From the NCBI GenBank assembly GCA_963758525.1, contig CAVWVQ010000003.1, forward strand, positions 832,001-896,000: 64,000 nucleotides of DNA. The letters run 5' to 3'. Shown in pieces: positions 52,239-62,144 of the stretch. This DNA comes from an uncultured Phycisphaerales bacterium (GTDB taxonomy: Bacteria > Planctomycetota > Phycisphaerae > Tepidisphaerales > Tepidisphaeraceae). The notes under the pieces are model-generated. The model had not been told where the DNA came from, did not search any database, and saw only the letters and a program-made list of their open reading frames with translations. The translations under genes and the position numbers were made by a program. Position 1 is the stretch's first letter; every line of letters starts with the position of its first letter.

Positions 52239-53200
52239 TCAGGGCGCGGGGTGTTCGGGACGGCGGCCTTCCAGTACCTCCATCACGTCTTTCACGACCC
52301 AGCTCATGTTTTGCAGGGCGGTGTGAGTTCGGGCGGCGAGGTGAGGAGTGAGCAGTACGTTGTCGAGGCCCAGAAGGGGAAAGTCGGGGGCGGGAGGCTC
52401 GGGCCAGTAGACGTCTAGGGCGGCGCCGGCAAGCTTGTTGCGCGCAGGGCGCTGGCCAACGCGGGGGCGTCGAGGACTTCGCCGCGGCTGGTGTTGATGA
52501 GGATGGCGGTGGGCTTCATCTGGGCGAGTTCGGCGGCGCCGATGAGGTTTTCGTTGCCGGGCAGCATCGTTACGTGGAGGGTGAGAATGTCGGCCTCGCG
52601 ATAGAGCCGGGGCTTGTCGACGGGAGTCGCGGGAAACGTCAATGCGGAGGCGACATCGAGCAGATCGTTGTAGATGACATTCATGCCGAAGCCGGCGGCG
52701 CCGATTTGGCCGACGCGGCGGCCGACGCGGCCCATGCCGAGGATGCCGAGGGTCAGCTCATTGAGCTGGCGGCCGCGAACGGTGTTGCGGATGCGTTTGA
52801 ATTCCCTGGGGTCATAAACGGTTTCGCGGAAGAAATTCCACGGGCGCAGGAGTTGGAGGATATAGCCGAAGACGAAATCGCCGACGGCAAGCGTGTTGGC
52901 GTCGGGCGTGTAGACCACTTCGATGCCGCGGCGCCGGCACGCGGCGACGTCGATGTTTTCGAGTCCGACGCCGCCGCGTCCGACCACTTTCAGCTTTGGC
53001 GCGCCGTTGAGAAAAGCGTCGGTCACTTTGGTGTAGGTGCGAACAAGCAGCCCCTCGGCCATGGCAAGATGTTGCGGCAGGGAGACGGAGTCGAGCCCGG
53101 CTTCGATGACGTTTGCGCGCTGCCGAAGCCAGTCGAGGGGAACGGGGTCGGAGCCCTCGGTGACGAGGATCGTGGGGCGGTGAGAGGTGTTGGCCGTCAT
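52239..53200 (-). CDS. D-isomer 2-hydroxyacid dehydrogenase (SerA-like), frameshift near 52440
   Basis: GVGLENID, GILGMGRVG, INTSRG; C-terminus ALDVYWPEP...LTPHLAA in a shifted frame. Confidence 0.87.
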
Positions 53201-53225
53201 AGGGATGCCGGGGGTGTTGGTGAGG

Positions 53226-53882
53226 TTATTTGGAAAATCCCGCGGCATTGCCGCGGGTGAGTGAGATGCGTCGCGGCTGATGGGCGACGAGCGTGAGCAT
53301 TTGATCGTTGATGATTCGGCCGTAGCGGGTGACGGTCAGTTCATAGGTTCCCGGAAGATGGTATCCGATGGCGGTGTAATTATTGTCGTCGGCCAGGTCC
53401 GCGGCGGTTGAACGCTCGCCATTGCCGGTGATTTGAACGTGCGCACCGGCCATAGACGCGTCTCCCTCGACGATGATGGCGGTCGGAAGAGCGAATGTGG
53501 CATATTGAAAGCTTTGAACGTGAAATTGATCGGCCAACAGCACGCGGCCGTGCAGATCGACCTCGAGCTCATACAGGCCCGGCTGAAGGAGGATGTGGGC
53601 GATGAAGTTATTTTGCTCTGAGAGCGTGGCAGCGGCGACCTCCCGATGACTCGACAGCACCACCACGCGGGCACCGTCAAACGAGGGATCGCCGGCGACC
53701 AGCACGGCTGCATCAGGTTCGATGATCGACTGCGATCGAAAAAACACCAGCGACATCATCCCCAGCACGAGAACGGCGGTGAGACAGATCATCGTGCGGA
53801 CAAACAGAGGGCTGATTCGAGCGCGTGGATCGTCAAGCTGAGAACGTGTCCGGGAGGGCGTTGCGACTTGGGTCTGGTTCAT
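53226..53882 (-). CDS. Membrane-anchored protein with two repeated beta-sandwich-like domains
   Basis: One TM; internal repeat GDPSFDGARV..NNF..PGLYEL / GDASMAGAHV..NNY..PGTYEL. Confidence 0.7.
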   Translation of the reverse strand: MNQTQVATPSRTRSQLDDPRARISPLFVRTMICLTAVLVLGMMSLVFFRSQSIIEPDAAVLVAGDPSFDGARVVVLSSHREVAAATLSEQNNFIAHILLQPGLYELEVDLHGRVLLADQFHVQSFQYATFALPTAIIVEGDASMAGAHVQITGNGERSTAADLADDNNYTAIGYHLPGTYELTVTRYGRIINDQMLTLVAHQPRRISLTRGNAAGFSK

Positions 53883-54062
53883 CGGTTCTCGAGGCGCGGC
53901 GACGGAACAGCAAGGTACAGCCGAGTTATCGGCACAGGAATGCCACGATGGTCAGATTTGTCTACTGACATTCCGTTTGGATGGCGTACACTCTACGACG
54001 ACCGCCAGTGTATCTCCCCGCGCCTGCGGGAGCGCTGGAATGTTTTAGGACAAGGAGCCTCC

Positions 54063-54566
54063 ATGTTGAAGCCCGTATTTTGCGTTTCGTTGGCGCTTGG
54101 CGCTGCGACGCTGGTTGGATGCAAGGATGACGAGACGAAGACCCCGGCGCCCGCCGCCGTGACGCCCCCGGCGACGATGCCGGCGGCTTCCGATGCAGCG
54201 ACACCGCCTGCAACGCAGCCCACGGCGGAAGTTCCGGCTGTGCCCCCCGCACCGACGGTTCCGGCGGTGACTCCGCCGACCGCTCCGGCAGTTACCCCCC
54301 CTGCTGCTCCCGCAGTTACCGCGCCTGCTGCTCCAGAGGTAACCGCGCCGACTGCTGATGCGGTCGATCCCGAAGCCAAGGGCTTGATGGATCAGGCCGA
54401 GGACGCGATCAAGAACAAGAAGTGGGACGATGCGTCCGCCGCCCTGAAGAAGCTCGAAGCAATGAAGGACAAGCTCCCTCAGAGCTGGCAGGACAAGTTG
54501 AAGAGTCTTGAAACGGCGGTTGACGCCGGCAAGCTCTCCAGCAGCATTCCGGGATTCGGCAAGTAA
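54063..54566 (+). CDS. Pro/Ala/Thr-rich lipoprotein
   Basis: Lipobox LVGC; repeats of PAVT(P/A)P(A/T)A; helical C-terminus. Confidence 0.8.
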   Translation: MLKPVFCVSLALGAATLVGCKDDETKTPAPAAVTPPATMPAASDAATPPATQPTAEVPAVPPAPTVPAVTPPTAPAVTPPAAPAVTAPAAPEVTAPTADAVDPEAKGLMDQAEDAIKNKKWDDASAALKKLEAMKDKLPQSWQDKLKSLETAVDAGKLSSSIPGFGK

Positions 54567-54598
54567 ACCCGATCATCAGTTTGCTGAGTTTGAACTCG

Positions 54599-54642
54599 AT
54601 CCTCCATGGCTGGGTTGCAGCCATGGAGGATTTTCTATTTTT
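54599..54642 (+). terminator. Intrinsic terminator between convergent genes
   Basis: ATCCTCCATGGCTG-GGTTG-CAGCCATGGAGGAT followed by TTTCTATTTTT. Confidence 0.8.
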
Positions 54643-55246
54643 ACATCTTCTGTCGGCCGCTGATTGCGTCGGCGAGGATGTTTTTGTTTGCGTATTCGAT
54701 ATTGCCGCCGGTCGGCAGACCGCGTGCGAGACGGGTGACAGAGACGGCGGGAAATTGAGCGTTGATCAGGCTTTGCAGATACAACGCCGTGCCGTCCCCT
54801 TCGAGCGTGGGATTGGTTCCCATGATGACTTCGCGGATTTGCCCGGCGGCCAGACGTTCGGCCAGCCGATCGATGGTGAGATCGGCCGGCTCGACCTGTT
54901 CCAACGGGGAGATTCTCCCGAGCAGGACGTGATAGACCCCGTGATAAAGCCCGGCCGACTCCAGCGCCAGCAAATCCTTCGGCTGTTCCACCACACAGAC
55001 GACCGTCTGATCCCGACGGGGATCCTGGCAGATGGCGCAGGGGTCGTCTTCCGTGAGGTTTGAGCAGATCGAGCAGTTCTTGATGCGGGTTTTGACGTCA
55101 CGAATCGCATCTGCGAGCTTCAATGCATCGGCTGGCTGCTGCTTGAGAAGGTGAAACGCGATCCGCTCGGCAGAGCGCATGCCGATGCCCGGGAGGCGGG
55201 AAAGCTCGGTCATCAGCGTTTGGATGCTCTGGGTGTAGCTTGCCAT
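54641..55246 (-). CDS. recR: Recombination mediator RecR
   Basis: LPGIGMRSAERIA, CSICSN-C..C zinc finger, VCVVE, EGDGTA, RLARGLP. Confidence 0.97.
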   Translation of the reverse strand: MASYTQSIQTLMTELSRLPGIGMRSAERIAFHLLKQQPADALKLADAIRDVKTRIKNCSICSNLTEDDPCAICQDPRRDQTVVCVVEQPKDLLALESAGLYHGVYHVLLGRISPLEQVEPADLTIDRLAERLAAGQIREVIMGTNPTLEGDGTALYLQSLINAQFPAVSVTRLARGLPTGGNIEYANKNILADAISGRQKM

Positions 55247-55283
55247 GAGGCGGATTATAGCCGGTGAGGGTTTGGGGGGAGGT

Positions 55284-55331
55284 GTCAGGGGTCAGGGGTC
55301 AGGGTTCAGGGGTCAGGGGGAAGGGTTCAGG
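55284..55331. repeat. 7-bp tandem array (GTCAGGG)n
   Basis: About 6-7 imperfect units read directly. Confidence 0.85.
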
Positions 55332-55467
55332 AAATGCGGGTTTCGGAGCTGCAGTAAATGCTGCATCCGCTCGGATGATTTGAGTATATGACGGTATGCA
55401 GTCGATGCCGCCGACGAGGCCTGCGGGTGGGGCTGGGCACTTCCACTGCGGGGTTCCCCGCAGGAGC

Positions 55468-56496
55468 TCAGCTCGCCCTCACCGCCTGGCGAGCCTTTGC
55501 CTCGGTGAATTCGCCGAGCTGGCGGAATTTTTCGTAGCGGCGCTCCAGCAGGTTCTCGATCTTGCTGAGCTTCAGGTTGCGGAGCGTCTTGGAGACGTGT
55601 TGCCCGAGGCTATGAGCGGCGCTATGAGGATCGCGGTGAGCCCCGCCAAGGGGCTCGGGAACGATGGACTCGATGACGCCAAGCTGGCGAAGATGCTTGC
55701 TGGTGAGGCGGAGACTGTCGGCGAGTTTTGGGGCACTGTCATTGTTCTTAAACAGGATGGCGGAGCAGGCTTCGGGGGAGATCACCGAATACCATGCGAA
55801 TTCCATCATCGCCACGCGGTCGGCGACGCCTATTCCCAGCGCCCCTCCGGAACCTCCTTCGCCGGTGACGATGCTGATAATGGGGGTGCGAAGACGGGAC
55901 ATTTCAAGCAGATTGCGGGCGATGGACTCGGCTTGTCCACGTTCTTCAGCTCCGATGCCGGGATAGGCGCCGGGGGTGTCGATCAGGGTGACGACGGGCA
56001 GGCCGAACTTCTCGGCCAGCTTCATGCAGCGGAGCACTTTGCGGTAGCCTTCTGGATGGGCAAGGCCGAAATAGCAGCGGATCTTCTCCTTGGTATCGCG
56101 GCCTTTGTGATGACCGATGAGCATGACCTTGTGCCCGCCCATGCGAGCCAGCCCGCAGCGGATGGCGGCATCATCGCCAAAACAACGGTCGCCATGGACC
56201 TCGCGGAAATCGCGGCAGCACATTTCGACATAATTGTTGAACAGCGGGCGCTGGGGATGACGCGCGACCTGGACCGTCTCCCAGGCAGTGAGATTTTCAT
56301 AGGTCTTGCGAAGCAACGAGGTGTAATTCGCGCGAAGCTGGCGAAGCTCTTTCGAATAATCGATGCGTTTCTGTGCCTGCAGTGCTTCGAGCTCCTGGAT
56401 CTGCACCTCCAGTTGGACAATGGGTTTTTCAAAGTCGAGCGAGACTCTGGTGGGAGACTTCTCGGATGGTTCCGCAAGGTGAGTCGGCGTAGCCAT
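55468..56496 (-). CDS. accA: Acetyl-CoA carboxylase carboxyltransferase alpha subunit
   Basis: LDFEKP, ARHPQRP, PEGYRK, IDTPGAYPG, GEGGSGGAL, YSVISPE. Confidence 0.97.
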   Translation of the reverse strand: MATPTHLAEPSEKSPTRVSLDFEKPIVQLEVQIQELEALQAQKRIDYSKELRQLRANYTSLLRKTYENLTAWETVQVARHPQRPLFNNYVEMCCRDFREVHGDRCFGDDAAIRCGLARMGGHKVMLIGHHKGRDTKEKIRCYFGLAHPEGYRKVLRCMKLAEKFGLPVVTLIDTPGAYPGIGAEERGQAESIARNLLEMSRLRTPIISIVTGEGGSGGALGIGVADRVAMMEFAWYSVISPEACSAILFKNNDSAPKLADSLRLTSKHLRQLGVIESIVPEPLGGAHRDPHSAAHSLGQHVSKTLRNLKLSKIENLLERRYEKFRQLGEFTEAKARQAVRAS

Positions 56497-56709
56497 AAGC
56501 GTTTCATTCGACCGGCACCTAGCGCCAGCCGCCTTGAGAGTCACTTTTTGAAATCCCCGTCAAACCTTTATCGGGGGCACATACGATATCAATCGAAGGC
56601 GATACATCAAGATCGGCCTATTCCCCTACCGGGCTCGGCTATACCAGCCGGAGCGGAAATCCCGCCGGGTGGTTCTCGCCATCGGCGTTGCCATTGTTAT
56701 TATCGGACT

Positions 56710-57576
56710 ATGCAGCTGCGGACCGTGAGCATCCTTGGTGTTGGGCTTCTGGGCGGTTCCATCGGCCTGGGCATCAAAAAGCGATTAAAGTCATGCAGAG
56801 TCGTCGGTTATGGCCATCGGAAACCCTCGTTGGAGGCGGCAGTAGCCTGCGGCGCCATTGATGAAGGGTACGATGATCCGGCGCGGGCGGTTCAGGGCGC
56901 CGACCTGGTCATTCTGTGCACGCCGGTCGGGGTGTTCGGGGAGATGTTGCGTTCCATCGCGCCAGTGGTTGCCAACGCTGTTGTGACGGATGTGGGGAGC
57001 ACGAAGCGAACGATCGTCAAGTTGGCTGAAGAGATATTGCCTGTGCCGGGCCGATTCGTCGGGAGTCATCCCATGGCCGGCAGCGAGAAACGTGGTGTGG
57101 AGTTCGCGCGAGGCGATCTGTGCGATAATGCTCTATGCATGCTCACGCCGACGGATCGGACCGATCCGGCCGCACTCTCGGATGTTGAGGCATTTTGGGG
57201 GCTTTTGGGGATGCGGACGCTGCGTCTGACGCCCGAAGATCACGACCAGCGCATGGCCGAGATCAGCCATCTCCCGCACGCGCTGGCGGCAATCATCGTG
57301 CAGTCCGCGGGCGCCAAATCACTGGAACTCGCCGGCAAGGGGTTTCTGGATTTGACTCGAATTGCCGGCGGAGACGGAGGGCTTTGGCACGACATCCTCG
57401 TCGACAATCGCGACAACGTGAGGGAGCATCTTGCGCGTGTGCAAGCGGAACTGGGCCGGTTTGCTGACTTGCTGGGCCCCAGCAAGGGCAATGAGTTACG
57501 CGAATTTCTCGATCAAGCCGCCGACAAACGGGCGCGGCTCGGGACCCGCAAGGGAGTGCAGAGCGGCGATGCATGA
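56710..57576 (+). CDS. tyrA: Prephenate/arogenate dehydrogenase
   Basis: GVGLLGGS, TDVGSTK, HPMAGSE, SHLPH, TRIA. Confidence 0.93.
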   Translation: MQLRTVSILGVGLLGGSIGLGIKKRLKSCRVVGYGHRKPSLEAAVACGAIDEGYDDPARAVQGADLVILCTPVGVFGEMLRSIAPVVANAVVTDVGSTKRTIVKLAEEILPVPGRFVGSHPMAGSEKRGVEFARGDLCDNALCMLTPTDRTDPAALSDVEAFWGLLGMRTLRLTPEDHDQRMAEISHLPHALAAIIVQSAGAKSLELAGKGFLDLTRIAGGDGGLWHDILVDNRDNVREHLARVQAELGRFADLLGPSKGNELREFLDQAADKRARLGTRKGVQSGDA

Positions 57577-58037
57577 CGAGAGAGCGGGCTTTGGGAGTCG
57601 TTGCGATGGCGAAAGATGAGGCAACCGATTTTCAGCCGCCGGTAGAGGTTGCTTCGAACCGGCCGGAGCAACGAGGCCAGCACACTTCGGATCATCTTGC
57701 CAACGAGCGCACGTTTCTGGCCTGGATCAGGACGAGCATCTCCGTGATCGGGCTTGGCTTCGTTGTGGCAAAGTTCAGCGTATGGCTTCGAGAACTGTCG
57801 ACCCGCATTGACGCACCGATTCACGCCCGGCATACGGGACTCTCTTTGCCAATCGGTGTGGGAATGATGGTCATGGGCGGACTCTTCGCGATCGCGGCGG
57901 CTTGGCGCTATCGCCGCGTCCGGCAGGTGATCGAGCACGGCGGCACCGCTTCGGACGAGCGAACGGTGGCAGTCGTCACCCTGTTGATCCTGGTGATGGC
58001 CGCGGCGCTGGTGATCTACATGCTGGTCGCTCGATAG
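57573..58037 (+). CDS. YidH/DUF202 membrane protein
   Basis: HLANERTFLAWIRT. Confidence 0.9.
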   Translation: MTRERALGVVAMAKDEATDFQPPVEVASNRPEQRGQHTSDHLANERTFLAWIRTSISVIGLGFVVAKFSVWLRELSTRIDAPIHARHTGLSLPIGVGMMVMGGLFAIAAAWRYRRVRQVIEHGGTASDERTVAVVTLLILVMAAALVIYMLVAR

Positions 58038-58236
58038 GTCGTTATTCGTGCGCGGGCACTTAGGGGAGTCCCCGATTGATCGTTGGTTTGCACGCGGGAA
58101 ACCCGCATCACTTTAGGAGATATCCTGCGGAATTTGGTCCGTCGGAGGCAAATATGAAAGTAGCCCGCACACCCGTCCGATACCGTCTGCGGAGAGGCGT
58201 CTCGAATTGCCGACGGCTCCGTCGACAGAGACATCT

Positions 58237-58307
58237 GGCCGAGTACCCAAGTGGCAAGGGCATGAACCGCAAGTTCGTGTACGTTGGTTCGAATCCAACC
58301 TCGGCCT
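58237..58307 (+). tRNA. tRNA-Cys(GCA), atypical; CCA not encoded
   Basis: Acceptor GGCCGAG/CTCGGCC, D-arm CCC..GGG, anticodon loop CCGCAAG, T-arm GTTGG-TTCGAAT-CCAAC, U discriminator. Confidence 0.8.
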
Positions 58308-58538
58308 TCCCTTCAAGATTCCGCGAAAGACAAAAGGGGAGGCAGTGTGACATACGCGGATTTCCCAATCTCCGCCAAAGTGAGCGACCTCGAGCGCTGC
58401 TCCTGCGATCGCTGAAAGCGGGGGCGCTTCCTACAATGTTGCCAAGCGCCGCCGAGCGTGTATTTTATCAGGGCGCAAGCCGATGACGTTTCATGGGGTC
58501 GAACCGGGCAGCAGTCGGCGACGTGCAGCGTCCAAAGA

Positions 58539-60148
58539 ATGGAAAAGCCTCCAGCCTATCTCGAAGACGCGGCACGCCTGGCGGCGCTGCAGCAGGCTTC
58601 GCTGCTGGACACGCCCGCGGCAGAGGCGTTTGACCGTCTGACGCGCATGGCGTCGAAAGTGTTGGGCGTCCCGATCTCAATGGTTTCGCTGATCGATGAT
58701 CGTCGCCAGTTCTTCCAGAGCGCGGTTGGGCTGCAGCAACTGCTGCCCGCGGGCGCGAAACGCCGCTGAGCCATTCGTTCTGCAAGCATGTCGTATTGTC
58801 CGGAGAGCCGTTGATCGTCTCGGACGCCCGGGAGCATCCGCTGCTCAAGCACAACCCCGTGGTTCCCATGGGCGTGGTGGCGTACGCGGGGATTCCGCTG
58901 GTCACATCAGACGGGCTGGTGCTGGGGTCATTCTGCGTCATCGACTCCAAGCCGCATGCCTGGACTGACGAGCAGATTGGAATTCTCCGCGATCTGACAG
59001 CCGCAGCCGTCACCGAAATCGAGCTTCGCCGGACCAACAATGAATTGCATCGGACGAACCGGGCGAAGGACCGCTTCATCGCGATGTTGAGCCATGATCT
59101 TCGTACGCCGCTCTCACCGGCCCTGATAACCGCCGCGGAGCTCTCGCAGGATCCGAACTTGCCGGAACAGTTTCGGGAGGATGTCAAACTCATCCACCGC
59201 AATGTCGAGCTGGAAGTTCGGATGATCGACTCGCTTCTCGACCTGACCACGATTACCAACGGCAAGCTCCGCCTGACGATCGAGGAGATCGACGCGCACG
59301 CTGTCCTTCGTGAATCAGCGGCGATGTGCAGCGCCGAAACGTGGGCGAAATCAATCCACGTGCAGTTGGACTTCAGGGCCATGCGACATGGAATCAAGGG
59401 CGATTCCGCGAAGCTGCAGCAGGCCTTTTGCAATCTCTTGAAGAACGCGATCAAGTTCAGCGGCAACGGGAGCACGATTTCCCTTCGCACGAGAGACGCC
59501 GAATCCTCGATGCTGAAGATCGAGATTTCTGACACGGGCGTCGGTGTCTCGCCGGATCTGCTTCCGCGAATCTTCGACGCCTTCGATCAGGGCGACGGAG
59601 CCACCGGGCAGCGATTCGGCGGCCTGGGGCTTGGGCTGGCAATCTGCAAGGGAGTCATCGAAGCACACGGCGGCATCATCTCCGCATTCAGTGAAGGACG
59701 CGGCAAGGGCACGACGATGACCATCGAACTGCCCTGGGCGACCATTCCGCGGAATCGGGAGCCGGAGCCCGCGGTGGCGGTGGGACGCGCAAAAGCCGCC
59801 ATGAATATTCTGCTGGTTGAGGATCACGAAGATTCGCTGCGCGCCATGGCCCGGCTGTTGAGAAAACTCGACCACCGCGTTGCAACCGCCACCTGTGTCA
59901 GCGAAGCGCTGGCGGCCGCCAAAGCAGAGAATTTCGATCTGGTCATCAGCGACCTGGGGTTGCCCGACGGCACCGGCCTGCAGCTAATGAAGGAACTTCT
60001 GGCGCGACGTCCGATGAAGGGGATCGCTCTCACCGGCTATGGCATGGATGCCGATATTCAGCTCACCAGGGACGCGGGTTTTCAGAAGCATCTGACCAAG
60101 CCGATCAATTTTCATGACCTTGAGAAGGCCATCGGCGAGATGGGATAA
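58539..60148 (+). CDS. GAF-sensor hybrid histidine kinase with receiver, frameshift near 58760
   Basis: GAF; SHDLRTPL, NLLKNAIKF, DTGVG, GLGLGL; REC with VEDH, SDLGLPD, TKP. Confidence 0.9.
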
Positions 60149-60166
60149 TCTGCCCGCGAGCAAAAG

Positions 60167-60652
60167 GTGGGAAATATGACACTCAGGTTGCAGGACGCCA
60201 AAGACTCACGCTTGCCCGTTGAATGCTGCGGTATTCGCTGCTCGGAACAAAACCTCGCCGAGATCGACAGCGGCAGAATCATGGTCATCATTACAAAAGC
60301 AGGCATCCAGCGGATAACGCTACGATACGGGCTCCAGGCGCCCCATCCGATCCGACAGACACTGATCGGCGTAGTCCTGACCGCATTCGGCTATTACCCA
60401 GCTCTGTATTTGCTACGTTGGGTGCAACGTGGCGGTGTCTTGCTGAGCAGTGTGCTTTGGATCGTACCGATTGTCGTAATCGGAATCGCCACGATCTTCG
60501 GCGCCTTTAAGCGCGGACACTTTCTGCACGTCGAAGGACGGCAGGGAGATAAGCGGCTTGCCTTCCGACGCAAACCCGATCCAAGAGAGTTGGAAATTTT
60601 TCTTGCCGCAGTGGAGAGCTCTTACCGCCTCGAGATTTCAAGGGAAGTCTGA
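60167..60652 (+). CDS. Hypothetical 2-TM protein
   Basis: ORF with two hydrophobic segments. Confidence 0.55.
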   Translation: MGNMTLRLQDAKDSRLPVECCGIRCSEQNLAEIDSGRIMVIITKAGIQRITLRYGLQAPHPIRQTLIGVVLTAFGYYPALYLLRWVQRGGVLLSSVLWIVPIVVIGIATIFGAFKRGHFLHVEGRQGDKRLAFRRKPDPRELEIFLAAVESSYRLEISREV

Positions 60653-60737
60653 AAATGGTAGGCCGCTTTCCGCACGGACCCGGGACGACCCGACTCATCA
60701 CGGCGAAGGGCCCGCGAGACAGCCGCAACCGGGCACT

Positions 60738-61769
60738 TCAGGTCTGCGGCGTGGGGCTGAGCTTCGCGGCAAGCCGTGCCGCGTCAGGTACGCGGACTTT
60801 CCAGGCGAGCCGGAACAACTCGAGTGCGCGAATGACCCAATAGCTCACGTCGATCTCCCACCAGCGCAGCCCGTGGCGGGCGCTGGTTGGAAAGGCGTGG
60901 TGATTATTGTGCCAGCCTTCTCCCATTCCGATGATGCCAAAGACGAAGTTGTTGCGGCTTTCATCGTGGCTGTCGAACGGACGGCTGCCCCACAGATGGC
61001 AGATCGAGTTGATGCTCCAGGTGATGTGGTGAAGCAGGAAAACGCGAACCAGGCCGCCCCAGAGGAAGCCGCAGAGAACTCCGGTCCACGAGAGCGTGAT
61101 CACGCCGCCCAGAACGGCGGGGAGGATCAGACCGATGGCGGCCCAGAGAAACCACGTCTTGCTCACGCCGCGGAGCAAGCGGTCTCGGAACAGATCGCCG
61201 ACATAACGGGGCAAATCCGCCGGATCTTTATCGAGCATCCATCCGACATGGGCGTGCCAGAATCCCAGGAGCAGTCCCTTGAGCCCAAAGCCGTGATGGT
61301 GCGGGGAATGCGGGTCCTCGATGTCGTCGCTGTGCTGGTGGTGACGGCGATGCACCGCCACCCATTTGAGCATCGGCCCTTCCAGAGCCATGCTCCCGAG
61401 CACGGCCAGGACAAACTTGACGATCGGAACGGTTTCGAAGGATTTATGCGTAAAGAGCCGATGGAAGCCGACGGTGACACCCAAAGCGGTGGCGATGTAC
61501 ATTCCAAGCATCAGGCCCAAATCAACCCAGCGAAAGCCGCGATCCCAGAGCATGACGATTGCGACAACCAACCCCGCCAGGGGAAGCACCACCGCAGCCA
61601 TCGTCGTCGCCCGAACCAGCAGCGAAGCGGCTTCCCGATGGTGCGAGGAAGCCACCATCGGGGTACAGGGCTCTTCCGACGAGGCGAGCGTCGGTTCACA
61701 AACGGTTGATTGTTCCAAGACTATCCTTCCACGAGCCAGGCACGACGAGCGAAGCCGCGTCGTGCGCAT
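60738..61769 (-). CDS. Acyl-CoA (delta-9 type) fatty acid desaturase; start uncertain
   Basis: His boxes HRLFTH, HRRHH, DPHSP, GEGWHNNHH. Confidence 0.92.
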   Translation of the reverse strand: MRTTRLRSSCLARGRIVLEQSTVCEPTLASSEEPCTPMVASSHHREAASLLVRATTMAAVVLPLAGLVVAIVMLWDRGFRWVDLGLMLGMYIATALGVTVGFHRLFTHKSFETVPIVKFVLAVLGSMALEGPMLKWVAVHRRHHQHSDDIEDPHSPHHHGFGLKGLLLGFWHAHVGWMLDKDPADLPRYVGDLFRDRLLRGVSKTWFLWAAIGLILPAVLGGVITLSWTGVLCGFLWGGLVRVFLLHHITWSINSICHLWGSRPFDSHDESRNNFVFGIIGMGEGWHNNHHAFPTSARHGLRWWEIDVSYWVIRALELFRLAWKVRVPDAARLAAKLSPTPQT

Positions 61770-62144
61770 GGCCGGTAAACGTGGCAAGAACGTGACGGTT
61801 TCCTGCTTCGCACATTGATTATACGGTTTCTCGACAATTGGTGTTTGAACTTTCGCAATAAAAATGCGCCGGCGGATTTTCTGTCTATCGGCATGCTGCT
61901 CCAACTGAGGCTGAATCTTTTTTCCCAACGCCCAGGTGCGACATAACCACTGCTCGCAGCAGGGCCGGATGCCGTTCGGCATTCTGTTGCTCCTCGCGAC
62001 TGCCTTTTGATGGCGGCGCGAACCGGTGTTTTCAGTAGATTTGTGTCGATGAAACCCCGCGTGCCCGACCCGCGGCCGCCATGGCGATGGCGGTCTGCAT
62101 CTTGACGTGCCGGATGTCGCTCCAACTTTGAGCGTCTGCCCCAG

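Noticed and set aside
55396..56709. 726-aa TyrA fusion
   Set aside because: The N-terminal 438 aa are the antisense shadow of accA; the real start is at 56710.
58237..58307. tRNA as an island integration site
   Set aside because: No integrase and no duplicated tRNA 3' end noticed in the window.
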